Shown here in pieces: positions 32,737-46,996 of a stretch of DNA of 64,000 nt. Position 1 is the stretch's first letter. Each line of letters opens with the position of its first letter. This DNA comes from the human T2T-CHM13v2.0 reference genome, Homo sapiens. The stretch lies in the NCBI RefSeq assembly GCF_009914755.1, contig NC_060929.1. One strand, written 5' to 3'. A program made the translations under genes and the position numbers. The notes beneath the pieces are model-generated. The model had not been told where the DNA came from and made no database searches. It saw only the letters and a list, made by a program, of their open reading frames with translations.

Positions 32737-33298
32737 AGGGCATCTGTGTCACCCATAACCCTCTTCCTTTCCCCACCATCTTATCTTTTAGAATTGCTTT
32801 GCCAACTGGAATGGTCTATGTAGTCCTGCTTATACTACATGACCTTGTTTCCCCAGCTATAGCTGATAGGATCAAAAGTGGACGCCTGACCCAAGCTGGG
32901 TCAGATGAAGTGTTTTTCCCAGAAGAGGGAGTTTAGAGATCCTTGTCAGTCCCAGGAGACGACTTGAACTGAAGGCAGGCTAACATAGCTGCTAAGAAGA
33001 CTGTTTGAAGCAGCCAGCCATCTCAGCCATATCCAAAAAGAAGACAGAGAACTCACTGGCACAGATATGAGACCACATAAATCCCAGATTAGAGAGAGCA
33101 ACATAGTGAGAGACATTCCTTGGTTCCTGATGGTTTTTTGGTTCCTGGCTCCAGTCTTCCTCCATAGGCTTATTGAATTTTCTCTTTCTGGGATTCGTAA
33201 GCTTGCTTCTACATAGTAACGAATTCTACCTATATTCTATGTACTTAGTTTAGTTGGGGTGAGTTTCTGTTGCTTGAGATTGAAGGATTCCTAAGACA
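32737..33298 (+). mobile_element. Old MaLR LTR (MLT1K/L-like)
   Basis: tgacccaagctggg; 3' end tttagttggggtgagtttctgttgcttg. Confidence 0.6.
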
Positions 33299-33959
33299 CT
33301 TATCTTTATAGCTGGCAAAATGAATACACATAGAAAATGAGAATGAAAAAATGTCTTGGAAAATAAAGCAGAATCATACAGACACAGTTATTATTGCTTT
33401 GCTGGCAAAATCATATGCTTGCGTATCTATAATTTTGGTGTGTTCTGCATATGTTTTTAGCAGCTCCTACACTTTAAACCAAGGTTATTAGTCTTGTGTC
33501 TAAGTCATTTCATTCAGAAATTGAAACTATTTTTAGCAATGAATTGCATTGGATATTGGTCACATTTTGGAATTTAACTATTTTCTCTTTCTCCTGTATT
33601 TTTAGAGTTGGAGAAGAGATGGGAAAAAGGGCCAACATGCTGGCCCTTTGAAGTTCAGCTTCCATTTTCTACTTTGCATAGATATTTGTCATCTGAGGAA
33701 TCAGTCTCCTTTGGGAGAATGGTGTCTTTTTCCATAAAGGAAAGCTGATCCATGGGGAAAACAAGTAGTTGCTGCTTTGACAGTTTCATCTAAACTTACA
33801 TTCCTAGAAAGAAGACATGACAAAATATATGTTTTCTTAAAAGTTACTACTTTAAGGCCACACAAGCAATGGGAAAAAATCCAGATATAGTCCCTTTCTC
33901 TAGCTACTCTGTTCAAGCATTCTTTCAAGATGTAGATAGGAAAAACCATCATCTCCCAG

Positions 33960-34440
33960 TTTGTGTCTATCAGTCTGATCAAGAAAACATAAACCACCCT
34001 ATGTATTTCAGCAGAGGGAATTTAATGATACAGATAATTCATTACATGGGCAATGGAAAAGCCGAAAGAGCAGCCAGCAGCGTGAGGCTACTAAGGGATT
34101 GGAGAAACAACATCAAAACCGAGATGCCGGAGTCATCAGACAGGAATGAGAATACGGGCAGGGCTACCCTGGCAGCAGTTGGGACCATGGAGAGAAGGGC
34201 TTTTGAGAATGAGTTAGATCATGAAGGAGGTGCTGCCTTTGCCAGAGAAGAGACACTACACCAGACAGAGTAAGAGGGGAAATAAATGCTCTGACTTCTC
34301 CTATACTCCAGAGCCTCTTGCTGGATAAGCCTACCTAGAAGGAGTGGGAAAAGGAGCCTGGGAGATGTAACTCTCTAAGACTCTAAGCAGAGAAGAGAGA
34401 GGGAAGCAGGTAGAGCTGAGAGCAAGCAGGCAAACTCTGT
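33960..34440 (-). mobile_element. ERVL LTR (LTR33-like)
   Basis: aagaaaacataaaccaccctatgtatttcagcagagggaatttaat resembles the antisense LTR33 end. Confidence 0.55.
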
Positions 34441-34489
34441 CATATATTTTATCTAATTCTTGAAATTTCAGTTATTTGACTGTTTCTAT

Positions 34490-34756
34490 TATACTCTCTC
34501 AAGGTCAAATCCAGGAGGCAGATTTTGGCTTGGGCAAAAGATTTTAGCAGGTGGTGATACTTCCTTTCTGGGGGACTTGGGAAATATCTGTATCTGAGGG
34601 CAAGTTTTCGTTCCTTCAGTGATGGAGCATAGGGTATGCTCTTGGGATCTGGAGGGTGAGACAAAGATGTTTAGTGTTCTGTAATGCATGGGGCAGCGCA
34701 GCACAATAAAGAACTGCTGTATTGAAATGCCAATAGTGACCCATTGAGAAACATGG
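34490..34756. mobile_element. hAT-Charlie relic (MER20B-like)
   Basis: aaatgccaatagtgacccattgagaaacatg terminus. Confidence 0.5.
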
Positions 34757-34964
34757 TGATTTTATGTAATACAGTCATCTGAAATAGAAAGGATTATCTC
34801 AAAAACCAGCACCTCTATGGTCATTTAAGGATTTCCACCTGGACCATCTTTGGCGGAGATACTATGGAGAGGATTAGAAACTCAGGTAGTGAGAACAGAG
34901 GCAGGATTGGAGTTGGACTTGACCTCTGTGTTTTCTCACATCCTAAAGATTTTATAATAATCCT

Positions 34965-35225
34965 TTTGATAATTATGAAAATACCAGCATTTATTTGGGG
35001 CCTGTTCTGTACCAGTCTCTGTCTTCAAAGCATACACACATTATCTCATTTCCTGCAATAAAGCAGTGAAGAGGATAATAACTATTATCCACATTTTGCA
35101 TTTTGCAGATAGGGAAACTGAGACTCAAAGGGGAAAACTGACTTGTCCACATTACCCTGTTAGAAAGTGATAGAGGAGGAACTTGAACCCAAATTATTTA
35201 ACTCTTAACCTTAGACAGTATGCTC
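34965..35225 (-). mobile_element. MIR
   Basis: ttttgcagatagggaaactgagactca...acttgaaccca. Confidence 0.75.
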
Positions 35226-35741
35226 TGAGACTTCCCTATTCCAGTTTTTATGTCCCCCCATTTCTGGGTTTTGAATCTTCACCTTTATATCTGTGTTATG
35301 CTGTATGATTGTATCCACTGTGTGCCTTTCTTGCTGTGGACGCTGGTGCTTAGGGCCCAGCTTCTCCAGGAAGTCATTCAGGATAGACTCAGGTTGTGCA
35401 ACCATCACATGGCCTCAAAATGTTAACTTCCTAACTTGTGACCCTGCTGTTTCTCCTGATGCCCTCCAGTTTATTCAGTACCCAATCCGACCATACCTTC
35501 TTACTCATGACCAAGAGTTCTCTGCATGGATCAACCGTGAAAGAGGAATTTTCGGAAAGTATCTATCTTGGTTGTGCTTTTATTCCTCATACACATAGAG
35601 TAAGTGGAAGTTAGCACACCTAGGATCAAGATAACTTCATTCATTTACACAAATATTGATAAAACACCATCTATGTACCAGACATGTGTAGGTTGAACAT
35701 AGGTGTTGCCTGTAATTCTCATGGGGTTTAGAGTCTAGATG

Positions 35742-35924
35742 CTGTGCTACCCAATAGAACTTTCTGCAGTGTCCAGCACAGTTGCCATTAGCCACATGTG
35801 GCTTTTGAGCTCTTGGAGTGTGGCTAATGCAATTGAAGGACTGAATTTTAAATTTTATTTAATTTTAATTAATTTAAGTTTAAATACCACACATGATTAG
35901 TAGCTACTGTATTAGAAAATATGG
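35742..35924 (+). mobile_element. MER3 (hAT-Charlie)
   Basis: ccaatagaactttctgc...tagccacatgtggct...AT-rich core. Confidence 0.8.
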
Positions 35925-36243
35925 GTGTACATGGAAATTAGGAAATTATGATGAAAGATATAAATTTAACATTTACAGTGTCTGCAATGGGCTAATCAAG
36001 GGATAGAGGAGTAAGACTTGGCATATTGGAGTTCACAGTCTAGGGAGGATCCAAACACTTCTATAGATATCTGTTATAAGCATGGTTTGAAATAGAGTCT
36101 CAAGCAAATGTGATAGGTAGAAAGTGAGGTAGTGACTGGCAGTCTGGAAAATTAGGGATAGTTTTAAGGAAGAGGAGCCATTTCAGTTGGACCTTGAAAA
36201 GTGAAGGGATTGCCTAGGCAGAGAGGCAGCATTTCTGGTAGGA

Positions 36244-36484
36244 AAAGGTTTCTCAATCTGGGCACTATTTCAGGCTAGATAATATGTTAATAATAAATAT
36301 TCTGGGATGGAATATTTCCTTTGGGGGTCTGTCCTATGCATTGGAGTATGTTTAGCAGCATCTCTGGCCGCTACACACCAGATGCCAGTAGCACTACTGC
36401 CTCCATTTGTGAAAACCAAAAATGTCTCCACTCATCGCGAAATAGTCTTTAGAGAACAAAATAGCCTCTGGTTGAGAACCTCTG
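36244..36484 (+). mobile_element. MER20 (hAT-Charlie)
   Basis: tttctcaatctgggcactatt...gtttagcagcatctctggcc...ccagatgccagtagca...ggttgagaacctctg. Confidence 0.85.
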
Positions 36485-36912
36485 TTGTAGAGGAAGTGTT
36501 GCACGAAAGCTACAGCTGTGACATATGGGACGATGGTGCCAGTGGAGAGGAGGCGGGTGAGTGTAGGTCCAGATATCAAAGAGCTTCAGGCATCTGGTGT
36601 GCAAATGATTCTGTAAGCAACAGAAACTGGTGGAGTCATTTACACTAGGACAACCACAGGACTGATGTTGTTTTGCAAGCAAACCTGAAGTAAGGTGTTC
36701 TCCAGCATGTTATGCCAGGTGGGAAACAAACCAAGCTGGGAAGCAGTTAGAAGCAGACCATATTGGGGCTGGCTTAACCACAGGCAGTAGCAGCTAAGGT
36801 GGGGAGGAGGTCAGCATACCTAGCCAGTAGCATTTAAATGAATTAGGTCCTTCCACTGATGTCTTGAGTGTGTTCAAACTGACAAAGACATTCTTAGAAT
36901 GATAGACTTTGA

Positions 36913-37263
<351 letters not shown>

Positions 37264-40200
37264 GACTTCACTATTTTCAGTGGAAATGCAACTCCTCTTT
37301 AGAGTGATGTTATGTGTAGATTTGTTGAATTAACAATGTCAGAAAATATTCTTTTCCTACTTCATATTTAATGCTATCTTGGGACAGAGAAGGTAATAAT
37401 ATAATTTTAATCTTCATTTGTTATAGATTATCATGATGAAATTGAATACACCTATGTAACATACCTGTAGAGTAAGAAAAATGTTAGTTATTTCCATGAA
37501 CAGTTTGAGTATTCAGGAGTAATCATTATAATTACTTGATATAAATACTTTGAATCAGAAAAGACAGCAATGAAATAATAGAAATCCTGTGTTTTTTAGG
37601 CCATTGTTTCTTTTAGATAATATTTTGTGGTTGCATTAATTTCACTTATAAGCGATCTGATTAATTTGTTAAAGTACTGTAAATCAGAACAGAAAACAGT
37701 AATCTCAGAAGAGTTTATAAGTTGAAGTTATTAATATTCAGAGTTAGGTTGACTTCTAGGGCATATACTATGTCAACACTGAGACAATAGCTGTGAATGA
37801 GCAATGGATGGATAAATAATAACACATGTGCATAATACATAAATGCATTTATTATATACACAAGTAAAAATTGCTTGCCTTCTTGCTTATTTTAAGTGTT
37901 AAAAAATCCTTTTAGATACCTACAAGGACATTTCTTTTTTACCAAGATTTATAGGTTGACTAAAATGGAGAGCAGCCTTCTCTGACTGAATCTGTATCAC
38001 TTGCCTACTAGTTCTCGTGGTTTAGCTCTGAATTTTATTCTCTCTTGTGCATTTAAATCCTTGTGAAAGTGAACCAGGTACTGTCTGTAATAGCACACAA
38101 TAAATTGTGACTAGGATCATCCTTTCCTTTGGTTGGTTTTTCCTTCTTACAATAAGTGAGGAAGCTCCTTGAAGGCAAGGGCCACCTCCAGTGTCTCTGT
38201 GAGATTTCTAGAAAAGTAATTGGGATTCACTTGTGTTTTAATTCCTCCAGTGCTCTGACTTGTGGTTAATATGGTTGAAGCTTGGGCCAGCCAGTAAATT
38301 GTGTGTTTAAAAATTAAAACAAACCCAAAATGCCAACCTGGCAGTGAATGATGTTTCTTATGATAGAACTATGATCCGTTACTGGAGATAAGTCCATAAA
38401 TCCCATAAAACACTCCTTCCAAGCTTTCTTAGATAATTTTGCCAAGTTTAGCCCATGAAATATTTCCTGGTCATTTCAAATGTTTTTGTTCCAAAGAGTT
38501 TTCATTGTTTTATGATACAAAGCCTTTGGTATATTCTTGTGGGGAACTGTTGCATGTGTGTTTATTTGTTTGTTTGCTTATAGTGGAAGAAGTTGTTTCA
38601 GAACCTTTGGAATACGACATAACACTCCAAGAAAGACTCTTTATGGAGAGAGGATAGTTTTCTTTTCTGTCTTTTCAGCTTACCTTGGGGTAGGATGGAG
38701 GAGGATGATACACTACAAAGATAAATAATTAGAAAAAGAGGCTGCATTTATTACTAGAGATGAAATAGTACCTTATAGTAGTAATAAACTGGCTCTCTGG
38801 ATACTTAGTAACTGGAATTGCTATATCTGCAACCTTATAAAAAATAAGCCTTGGATGAAATGAATCTGCCTTTGGCACTGAAGTCCCCTGTAGGAGTTCT
38901 GAGGGTTCTGCCCTGCCCTTATGATTTCATCTCCCTAACTTGTTTGCAGTCAGGCCACGTACCTTGTGGGCCTCATTGTTTCCACTTGGAGTGAGAACAA
39001 ACAGTTGGCGTCTTGATTTTGTGATTTATCCATTTTTTTGCTTTGCTTTTGGCATTTTAAAAACCTTCATTTGTTTCCAAATCTTATTATTTCTGACCAT
39101 TGGAAAGCAACACCCACCAGGATGCTATTTTTAAATGTGCTTGTGTAGCATAAGCAGGTGCTGGACAGTAACTCAATCTGGTTGCATTTTGTTCTCATTA
39201 AAATTTTGCACCCACCCTTGTTGGCAGAGTGGGATAGGAGAAAACACAATGAGAGACAGAGACACCAGCTCTCTCTGCTGTTGTGAAGAATCTGTAGTCT
39301 TCTTATGGGATACATAGTAACTTCTCTGTCCCGTATTTTTTCCCTCTTCTGGAAAATCCAGTGAAGATTGGATGGCATTGGGCAAACTATTGCATCTGAG
39401 AAATGGACCCAAAAGAATCCAAATAGCAAAAACACAAAACCACAACAGAGCCATCTATGTAAATATGAAATAAACTTTAGGGATTATCTAGCCAATGGAT
39501 TATTATTCTGGCTTTAGTAGAACTCTTGAACAAGTCAAACCTGTCATAAAATAGTAGTGTTTAAAACAATGATGATGATGATGATAGAAAAATTTATTGA
39601 GTGCTTCTCATGTTGTAGTTACATTATTCATGTAAGAAAGTGGATGGTAGAAATGATGTATGTGCCAAGTCACATAGTTACAAAGAGACAGATCTAGGTT
39701 TTTAATGACGTGGTAGAACCACCTTCACCAACTCTGAAACCTATACTTCTAGGCTTCTTTATATAGTAGATTATTACATGTTTTCATTGCATTAGCTACT
39801 GCCAGTCAACGTCTTACATGAGGTGAACATATTAAGTGCATTGTAAGAGAACTCAGCTATGCAGCTGTGGATACACGAGTCTATAGCTGATAATTAGCCA
39901 ATTCTCTTCAGAACTGTTTCTGAACTGTCCCTTCTGAACTGTTCCTGAAAGCCAGGATTACCTGGAGAAGACCAGGCACAGTGTCAGGAGTTGAAGGTGC
40001 ATAGTTTCTGTTGTTCTCAAGAAATCCACCGACTGGCACTGGAAGCGATGTGATGCATTTTTGGGAATTGAGTGGTCACAATGGGAAGTAAGAATAACAC
40101 CTTGAAGCATTTTTATCCATCTCACTGCTAACTAAAAGAGCGAGGACAGAACTGCTCCTCATTGTGTATTTAAAATCATTGAGATGAACCAAGAGATGAC

Positions 40201-41591
40201 CAACGTTGTGGGTTAATAAGGACACTAGTCTGGAGGTATGTCTCGCTAAACTTTGAGTTATGTCGCCAGCTTTTTTAAACCAGGGTCTTATATCACTGAT
40301 ACTTGGGGTAAGTGAATGATCTTACTGACTTTCTCACCTTTCTAATACCTGAATGTGTGATCAAGAGTTCTAGATTGACAAACAGAGAGAAAGAAAGAAA
40401 GGGAAACATGAAGAGTGAGTAGGAACAGGGAAGTGAAGACAGGGAAAAAGAGCAAAGAGAAAGAGAAAGAGAGGAGGGAGGTGGATGGAGAAAAGGGCCA
40501 AATATATCTAGGAGAGATGAGCATCATGTGGAGAATAAACAAACGTTTAAATAAGTGAATAAAAATATTGGGTCCTGAATGAACATCAAATACGCCTAAA
40601 CCTTGCAACAGATATTTACAATTACTTCATAAAAGCATCTTTTTTAATACAAAAAGACTAGAAAATGAAGACAGCTCTATAATCATCATCTGATGAAAGA
40701 TACACTGAACTGGGTGATCCTGGCCAGTCAGTGGCCTCAGTTGTCTCTTGTCCTAAATGAAAAGTACAGTAAATGAACCTCTTTTATTAATGCTAAGATT
40801 ATCTATCTCCTCATCTGCTCCTTTCCTGTTGGCTTAAAGATTGGTCATTTATTGCTGTAACAATAATTGATGTAGGGTTATTACTTTAATTAGATGTAAT
40901 GAACAAAGAACACACGTGCTTTGATATTTTTATATTCACTAAAGGTAATGGGGATATTAACTGACAGGTTGTTCAAGCACCAATAAAATGAGCCATTATA
41001 CTTTTTAATTTTGTTGCTTTAAACTAATTAAATATGTGTTTCTCTACTTTCCTTCATTTTTATTTCTTGTCAGATGGTCTTTCTGACTGAAAAGATTTCT
41101 TGTCTTTACTGATGTTCATTTATGTCTATGCAGAAGTCAAGTCACCTTTTAATAATTTGGGATTCTTTCTTGTTCTTTTAAAATAAAACAAAAGCTTTGC
41201 AAGATATTTTGCCCTAGAAGGCTGTGTATGTTATTTAATGTTTTTATCCTTCTTCTAAATGTCAAATTATTTTCTAGAGCATTTTAAAGGACTACAGTTA
41301 CCATATTTATTTATTTATTTATTTCATAATTGGCTAGACAGCTGCTTTTGACTGGTTGCATCATTTATGTTAGTTGTCTTTAATACAGTTACAACTAACT
41401 TTCCTAAGTTAAATAAAGATAAAATGAAGAGCTAAATGTTGATAAAATTCATCCAAAATCTTTTATGAGAAAACATTCACCTGATGAAAAGTAGATATCT
41501 GAAAACTTTTGCAGTTAAGAGTAAATAAAAATGATTTGGCTCGAAAATATCAATCATGATTTTGTGGAGGAGAGAGGTTTTCTCTGAGTAA

Positions 41592-41925
<334 letters not shown>

Positions 41926-42091
41926 TAGTGTCTGCTTTTAACTGATAATTTCCATTCAGCGCTAGATTGCAGGTCCCAAGGAACTACCAATAGATCATTA
42001 TGTTTTCCCAAAATGTTCTTTCCTGCTTGTCACCCAACTGATACTGGATATCACATGTAAAACTGTGGCACAGGTCATTTATTCCACAGAG

Positions 42092-42115
42092 CAACAACAA
42101 CAACAACAACAACAA
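42092..42115. repeat. (CAA)n microsatellite
   Basis: About 8 CAA units. Confidence 0.9.
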
Positions 42116-42422
42116 ATTGTGGGCTTTTGAAACTAGCACCCAGTTCCATGCCTGGGAATTGGCATACAGTTAAAAGGTGTTTGTAGAATAAACCTGGATT
42201 CTTATGAAGAGACATGTTTCTTAGAGAATAAATTTGGCCAAAAAAGAAGCACTCATTTATGGTCCATTGTTCAGAACAGTGCTCTAAGCCATTGTCAGTC
42301 TGATCTTGCTGTGATAATTTTGTATTGAAGTCATTAAGCTGGGGACAAGCATCCTCAGAACACAAAAAACCAAAAATAAGCCACCATACGTTTATGCTAG
42401 AAAGTTATTGTCAGTTCTTAGT

Positions 42423-43319
42423 TATTGCGGGATCTGGCCAGCAGCCCGCAATGCAACGGGGCTCTCTCTTTGTTCCCAGGTGGATCGGCAGGTTGAGAAA
42501 TAATAGACACACACAAGATAGTGAAAGCTGGGTCCGGGGGGTCACCGCCTTCTGGTTTCGCAGTGTCAATAATGCACTGGATATACCAGCATTTATTATT
42601 AAGTTTAGTGAGGGCAGGGGTAGGTTAGTGAGGGATTTAGGGTCATTTGATTATGAGGTGAGATGGTCACATGGGGATGAAGTAATTCTTTAACATAACA
42701 TTTGTATGTAGAAGTACAGTGCATTTGTATGTAGAAGTACAGTATACAGAGATTAGAATTTACAATATAGTGTGTGTGTCAGTAATTTCTAACAGAGCCT
42801 TAAAATGGAAACACAGTCTTTCCATAATCTATGATTAGCAAGATATTAATCAGCAGTAACAATTGCAACAAAAGCTGGTTACAAACAATCCATGGAAACA
42901 GGACGTGAAGCTAGACAACCGGTTAGACCAGAAATTCTCAGAAGGGAGTATGCCTTAACCCTAAAGAGGCCTAGAAAAGCAGTGGCAAGATGAGGGTGTT
43001 TATAGCCCTATGTTATACATATGGACAGGTGCCCCACCATGTGTCCATTTATAGGCTCTCCACAAGGGTTGCATTCCATTCCCAGAGCTATGAACATCTG
43101 CTTTTCTGGGATAGGAATCTTGGTGATGTGAAACCTCCCTGACTGCACGTCCATTCATAGGCTCTCCGCAGAGGGAAGCACATCACGCGCTGTTGGCTCG
43201 TTCTGGCGGTCCAACCTGGCATTGTCTTTACACAATCCTGCATGCAATTTTGTATTTACAATAATCAGGAGCATTTCATCTTTTATTCAGTAGCAGTAGT
43301 TTCAGGGGGTCTCCCTACA
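42423..43319 (-). mobile_element. ERVK-class solo LTR, MER11D-like
   Basis: 897 bp; minus-strand start TGTAGGGAGACCCCCTGAAAC, end CCAGATCCCGCAATA; perfect 6-bp TSD CTTAGT (42417-42422, 43320-43325). Confidence 0.88.
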
Positions 43320-43461
43320 CTTAGTTTCTTCAAGAAAAAATTTTGGTCACCAAAAATAGGTAAGCAGCTGAATTCTGCCTTCAGCATGTCAATAGGGAAA
43401 CATAATTAATCAGAAGAACAGGCTATTTGAAATATTGCAAGTTCACCTCAACACTGGAAAT

Positions 43462-43645
43462 CAGTGTTTCTCAAAGTATCTTCGATGGGACATTTGAATA
43501 AGAACCAATGTATGAGTCCAATCGCCAATGCAGATTTCCAGGCCCCAACAGCCTGTTTACACTCATTATTTGGGGGTATTCACAAAAATCTACTTTTTCA
43601 ACTGGTTCTCCCAGAAGGTCCTCAACTAGATAAAGTTAAGTAACC
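43462..43645. mobile_element. MER5-like hAT element
   Basis: cagtgtttctcaaagt...aatgcagatttccaggcccc. Confidence 0.6.
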
Positions 43646-44869
43646 TTCCCCATGAAGTATCATTACCATAGTTCTAGTTGGGAAACCATTCAGGGAACAA
43701 ATCAGGCATCACTGCAGTTGTGTTTTGTGCAGAGGAAAGTGATGCTTTAAATGAGACACCTGGAATGTTTGTTTTAGACTTGCATATTTTCTGTGTCTTT
43801 GGGCGTCTTATTTTTAGTTGTAGAGCTAATTATCTGATGATAGGATTTTTTTAAGAAAAGGAAGAAAGGAAGGAAAAAGGAATACAAGAAGCTAGTTTTC
43901 TTTGTCATTGCATCTAGTAAGCAAAAAAAAGGGCTTGATCACAATGACTATGTGGAGGGGATGCGAGAGGAGGTTAGACAAACATATTGGATAGGTGAGA
44001 GGTATGGGATGCTATGTAGCAAGCTTAGAATTTTCAATTTTATTCTGTAGGCAATGGTAAGTTAGTGAAGGTGGAGTAGAGGAATCAGATGATCAAAGCT
44101 TGTCTTGAAAAAGTAAAGAAAGAAAGGCAAACTATCAAGTGGACTACAGTGGAGAGAGCAGTATGTTTAAAACTGCAAGAGATTTTTGCTTGCATGCATG
44201 AAAAGAAAAGGCCTGCGCATGCCTGAATTCAACCAAGAGCAAAGGGCTAGTTGCCAGCTAGAGAATAAAAACAAAATACCTGCTGATCAGAAAAACACCC
44301 TGTGAGCAGATTTTAATCAAAGCCCTAAATATGATCACTGAGAAGTGATCATATTCCCAGGTCACTGTTGGAGGACAGCATTTCTCTTCTAGATATTTTT
44401 TGTGTTGTTGAGTTTGGCATCCTGCTTGGGATTCTTCTGAAGGTTTATGTAGGTTGACTCTATAACCTCAGAATATTTGCTTAGGATTTGATGGTTTTTC
44501 AGGCAGACTGCACAGAGATTCTGCCTTGGCTAGACTTTTCCTTTGATTATAGAGGGGTCCATTTGTCTGGTAGCCTCTTCATGTATTCCTTTGAATGTTA
44601 GTTGCAATATAATGTCACCATAAAAGGATAGATAGTAAAATGGTAGTGACTGAAATCTTTCCTCTCCTACCACCATTAAATCAGAGTCCTCAATAACTCA
44701 GAATCTCATTATTATTTTGATGGAGAGATGAAGGGCAATTCATTCTTTCAGCCCTCCGGTAAACATTGAATGCCCTCTATGTGTCAGGTACTATCTGAGA
44801 TATTGGCACTGTGAAACTATGAAACAATAATTTTCAGTCAAGTGTGGGGGAATGGGCACCTACATGGCT

Positions 44870-45420
44870 AATTAGTGGTTACCATCACTCTTAGGATAAA
44901 ATCACAAATCCCTCATCTAGTCTTAAGGCCTCAGGTCTTCTAGCCTCTCTGTTGTTTCTAGGCACATTTTGTTTCACTCTTTTCACATTAGGTGTGCCAC
45001 CCACGTGGCTCTTGTTTCTAACATTACCTTGGTCCTCTCCACTTCAGAGTTTTCTTGTTTGCTCTTTCTGTATCCAGGAATGTTCTCCTATTTCCCATTT
45101 GTCTGGCTAGCCTCCATCATTCTTCAGAATTTATTTTAAACTGTCACTTCTCTGAGGACACTTTCTTTATCCTCCAACACTGGTTATTCACCTCTTGCTA
45201 CGTATTCTCATTGCTCCTTCTGTTTTTCTTTCATAGCACTTATTAATAAGAGAATTGAACATTTTGATAATTTTTGGTTAATTTCTATTTCCTGTTCCAG
45301 ACTCTAAGCTTCATGGGAGTATGGGGAGTGGCAGAGGCATTCACTGTGGTAACTTCAGCATGCTGACCAGACCATAAATGGCACTTGGTACACATTTTTA
45401 AAAATATTTGAATGAATAAA
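44870..45420 (+). mobile_element. L2 3' fragment
   Basis: cttaggataaaatcacaaatcc...gactctaagcttcatggga...aaatatttgaatgaat tail. Confidence 0.7.
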
Positions 45421-46290
45421 TAGAAGATCGTGAGTGCAACAGTTGAATATGCATGGAGACAGAGGATGAGCATATCAAATTCAATTTGGAAGGATCAGGG
45501 ATATCAATACTTTAAACCCAGTATCTACTAAATACACAAAATAATGCCCTGTATCTCTTCAAGATCCTAACTCATCAACCACAAACTAAACTCTAATGAC
45601 TATGTTTACTATGATGGTAAAAGTTACTACTATTTTAGGAAAAGTTTCAACAAAAGTCAAAACAAAATGATTTCTAATGTAAATCTTAACTATAAGAAAA
45701 TAAGCACATTTTCAATTAATGGACATGTTTCTGTAGAATAAAAAATGGCTATTTCTATGTTTGATCAGTTTATATGTAATCCTTTCTGAGTAAACATTCC
45801 ACTATCTGGTTTAATAACTTCAATATACTTCTTAAAGATTAACACGATTATTTGCTTCATTTAGTCTTAGTTTTTATTAGTGTACTTGCTGTAAATTGTT
45901 TATCTCACTTATTTTTTATTTCGGACATATCTGTGTTGTTGTATACCAGGTCAAATAATATTCTAACTGGAATATACATTTAAGGGTTCTGTATTCTCTC
46001 ACCATCTAAGTTGATAATGACCTTAGTCATTTTTGTCTTTACCAATTTGCCTGTTTGCTATATATTCTTAAGGTAGTTCATTGAGGAAATTATAATCAAA
46101 ATCTATGAAGTTTGACTAATTATTACTCTCAACATAAAGTTAAAATCCAAAAGATCTCTGTGGAATATTGGTCAGACAATGTATGAAGGCATATACATGA
46201 TGTATAGTAAAACTAAATCCATTTGAGCTATCCATTATCCTAGGTTATCACATATATGTCAATTATTAACCAAAATTGGCAGTAAAGTGT

Positions 46291-46671
46291 TATATTAGTC
46301 TGTTCTCACATTGCTGTAAAGAACTACCTGAGACTGGATAATTTATAAAGAAAAGAGGTTTAATTTTCTCGTGGTTCCACAGGCTGTACAGGAAGCATGG
46401 TTAGGGAGATCATCAGGAAACTTAAAATCATGGTGGAAGCAAAAGGGAAGCAGACACATCCTACATGGCTGGATTAGGAGGAAGAGAGAGCAGGGGAAGG
46501 TGCCACACACTTTTAAACAACCAGGTCTCATGAGAACTCACTCACTGTCATGAGAATAGCAAGGGGGAAGACTGCCCCCATGATCCAGTCACCTTCCTCA
46601 GACTCCTCTTCCAACACTGGGGATTACAATTCTACATGAGATTTGAGGGGACCCAAATCTAAACCATATCA
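46291..46671 (-). mobile_element. MaLR LTR, MSTA/THE1D-like
   Basis: tattagtctgttctcacattgct...aaaccatatca; 5-bp TSD agtgt/aatgt. Confidence 0.9.
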
Positions 46672-46996
46672 AATGTAAAGGCTGGAAAGAAAAAAAAAGT
46701 CAAATGTACACAGTTTTGCACATTGGAAAACATTTACTGGTGGTCGTATTTACAAGTAACCTGACTAGATATTTTGAAGTTAGAAAATTTAGGGTTCAGT
46801 CCATTGAGCAAATATACTGAGCTTTCCCTGCATGAAAACCATTGTACTAGGCTCAACTGAAAATAGTGGTGGTGGGGAGAGAAGATTTGTTCTTTCAAGA
46901 ATTTGAAATTTGTTCAGAAGGATAAAAGCAAATAGAATCTAACAACTGAATAATGCTTGAAACATGACATATGAGCTAATAAAAATACATCAATTA

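Noticed and set aside
33869-34273. 134-aa ORF
   Set aside because: It runs mostly through an LTR33-like relic; no recognisable domain or exon structure
42325-42693. 122-aa ORF
   Set aside because: Antisense read-through of the MER11D-like LTR with a non-ATG start
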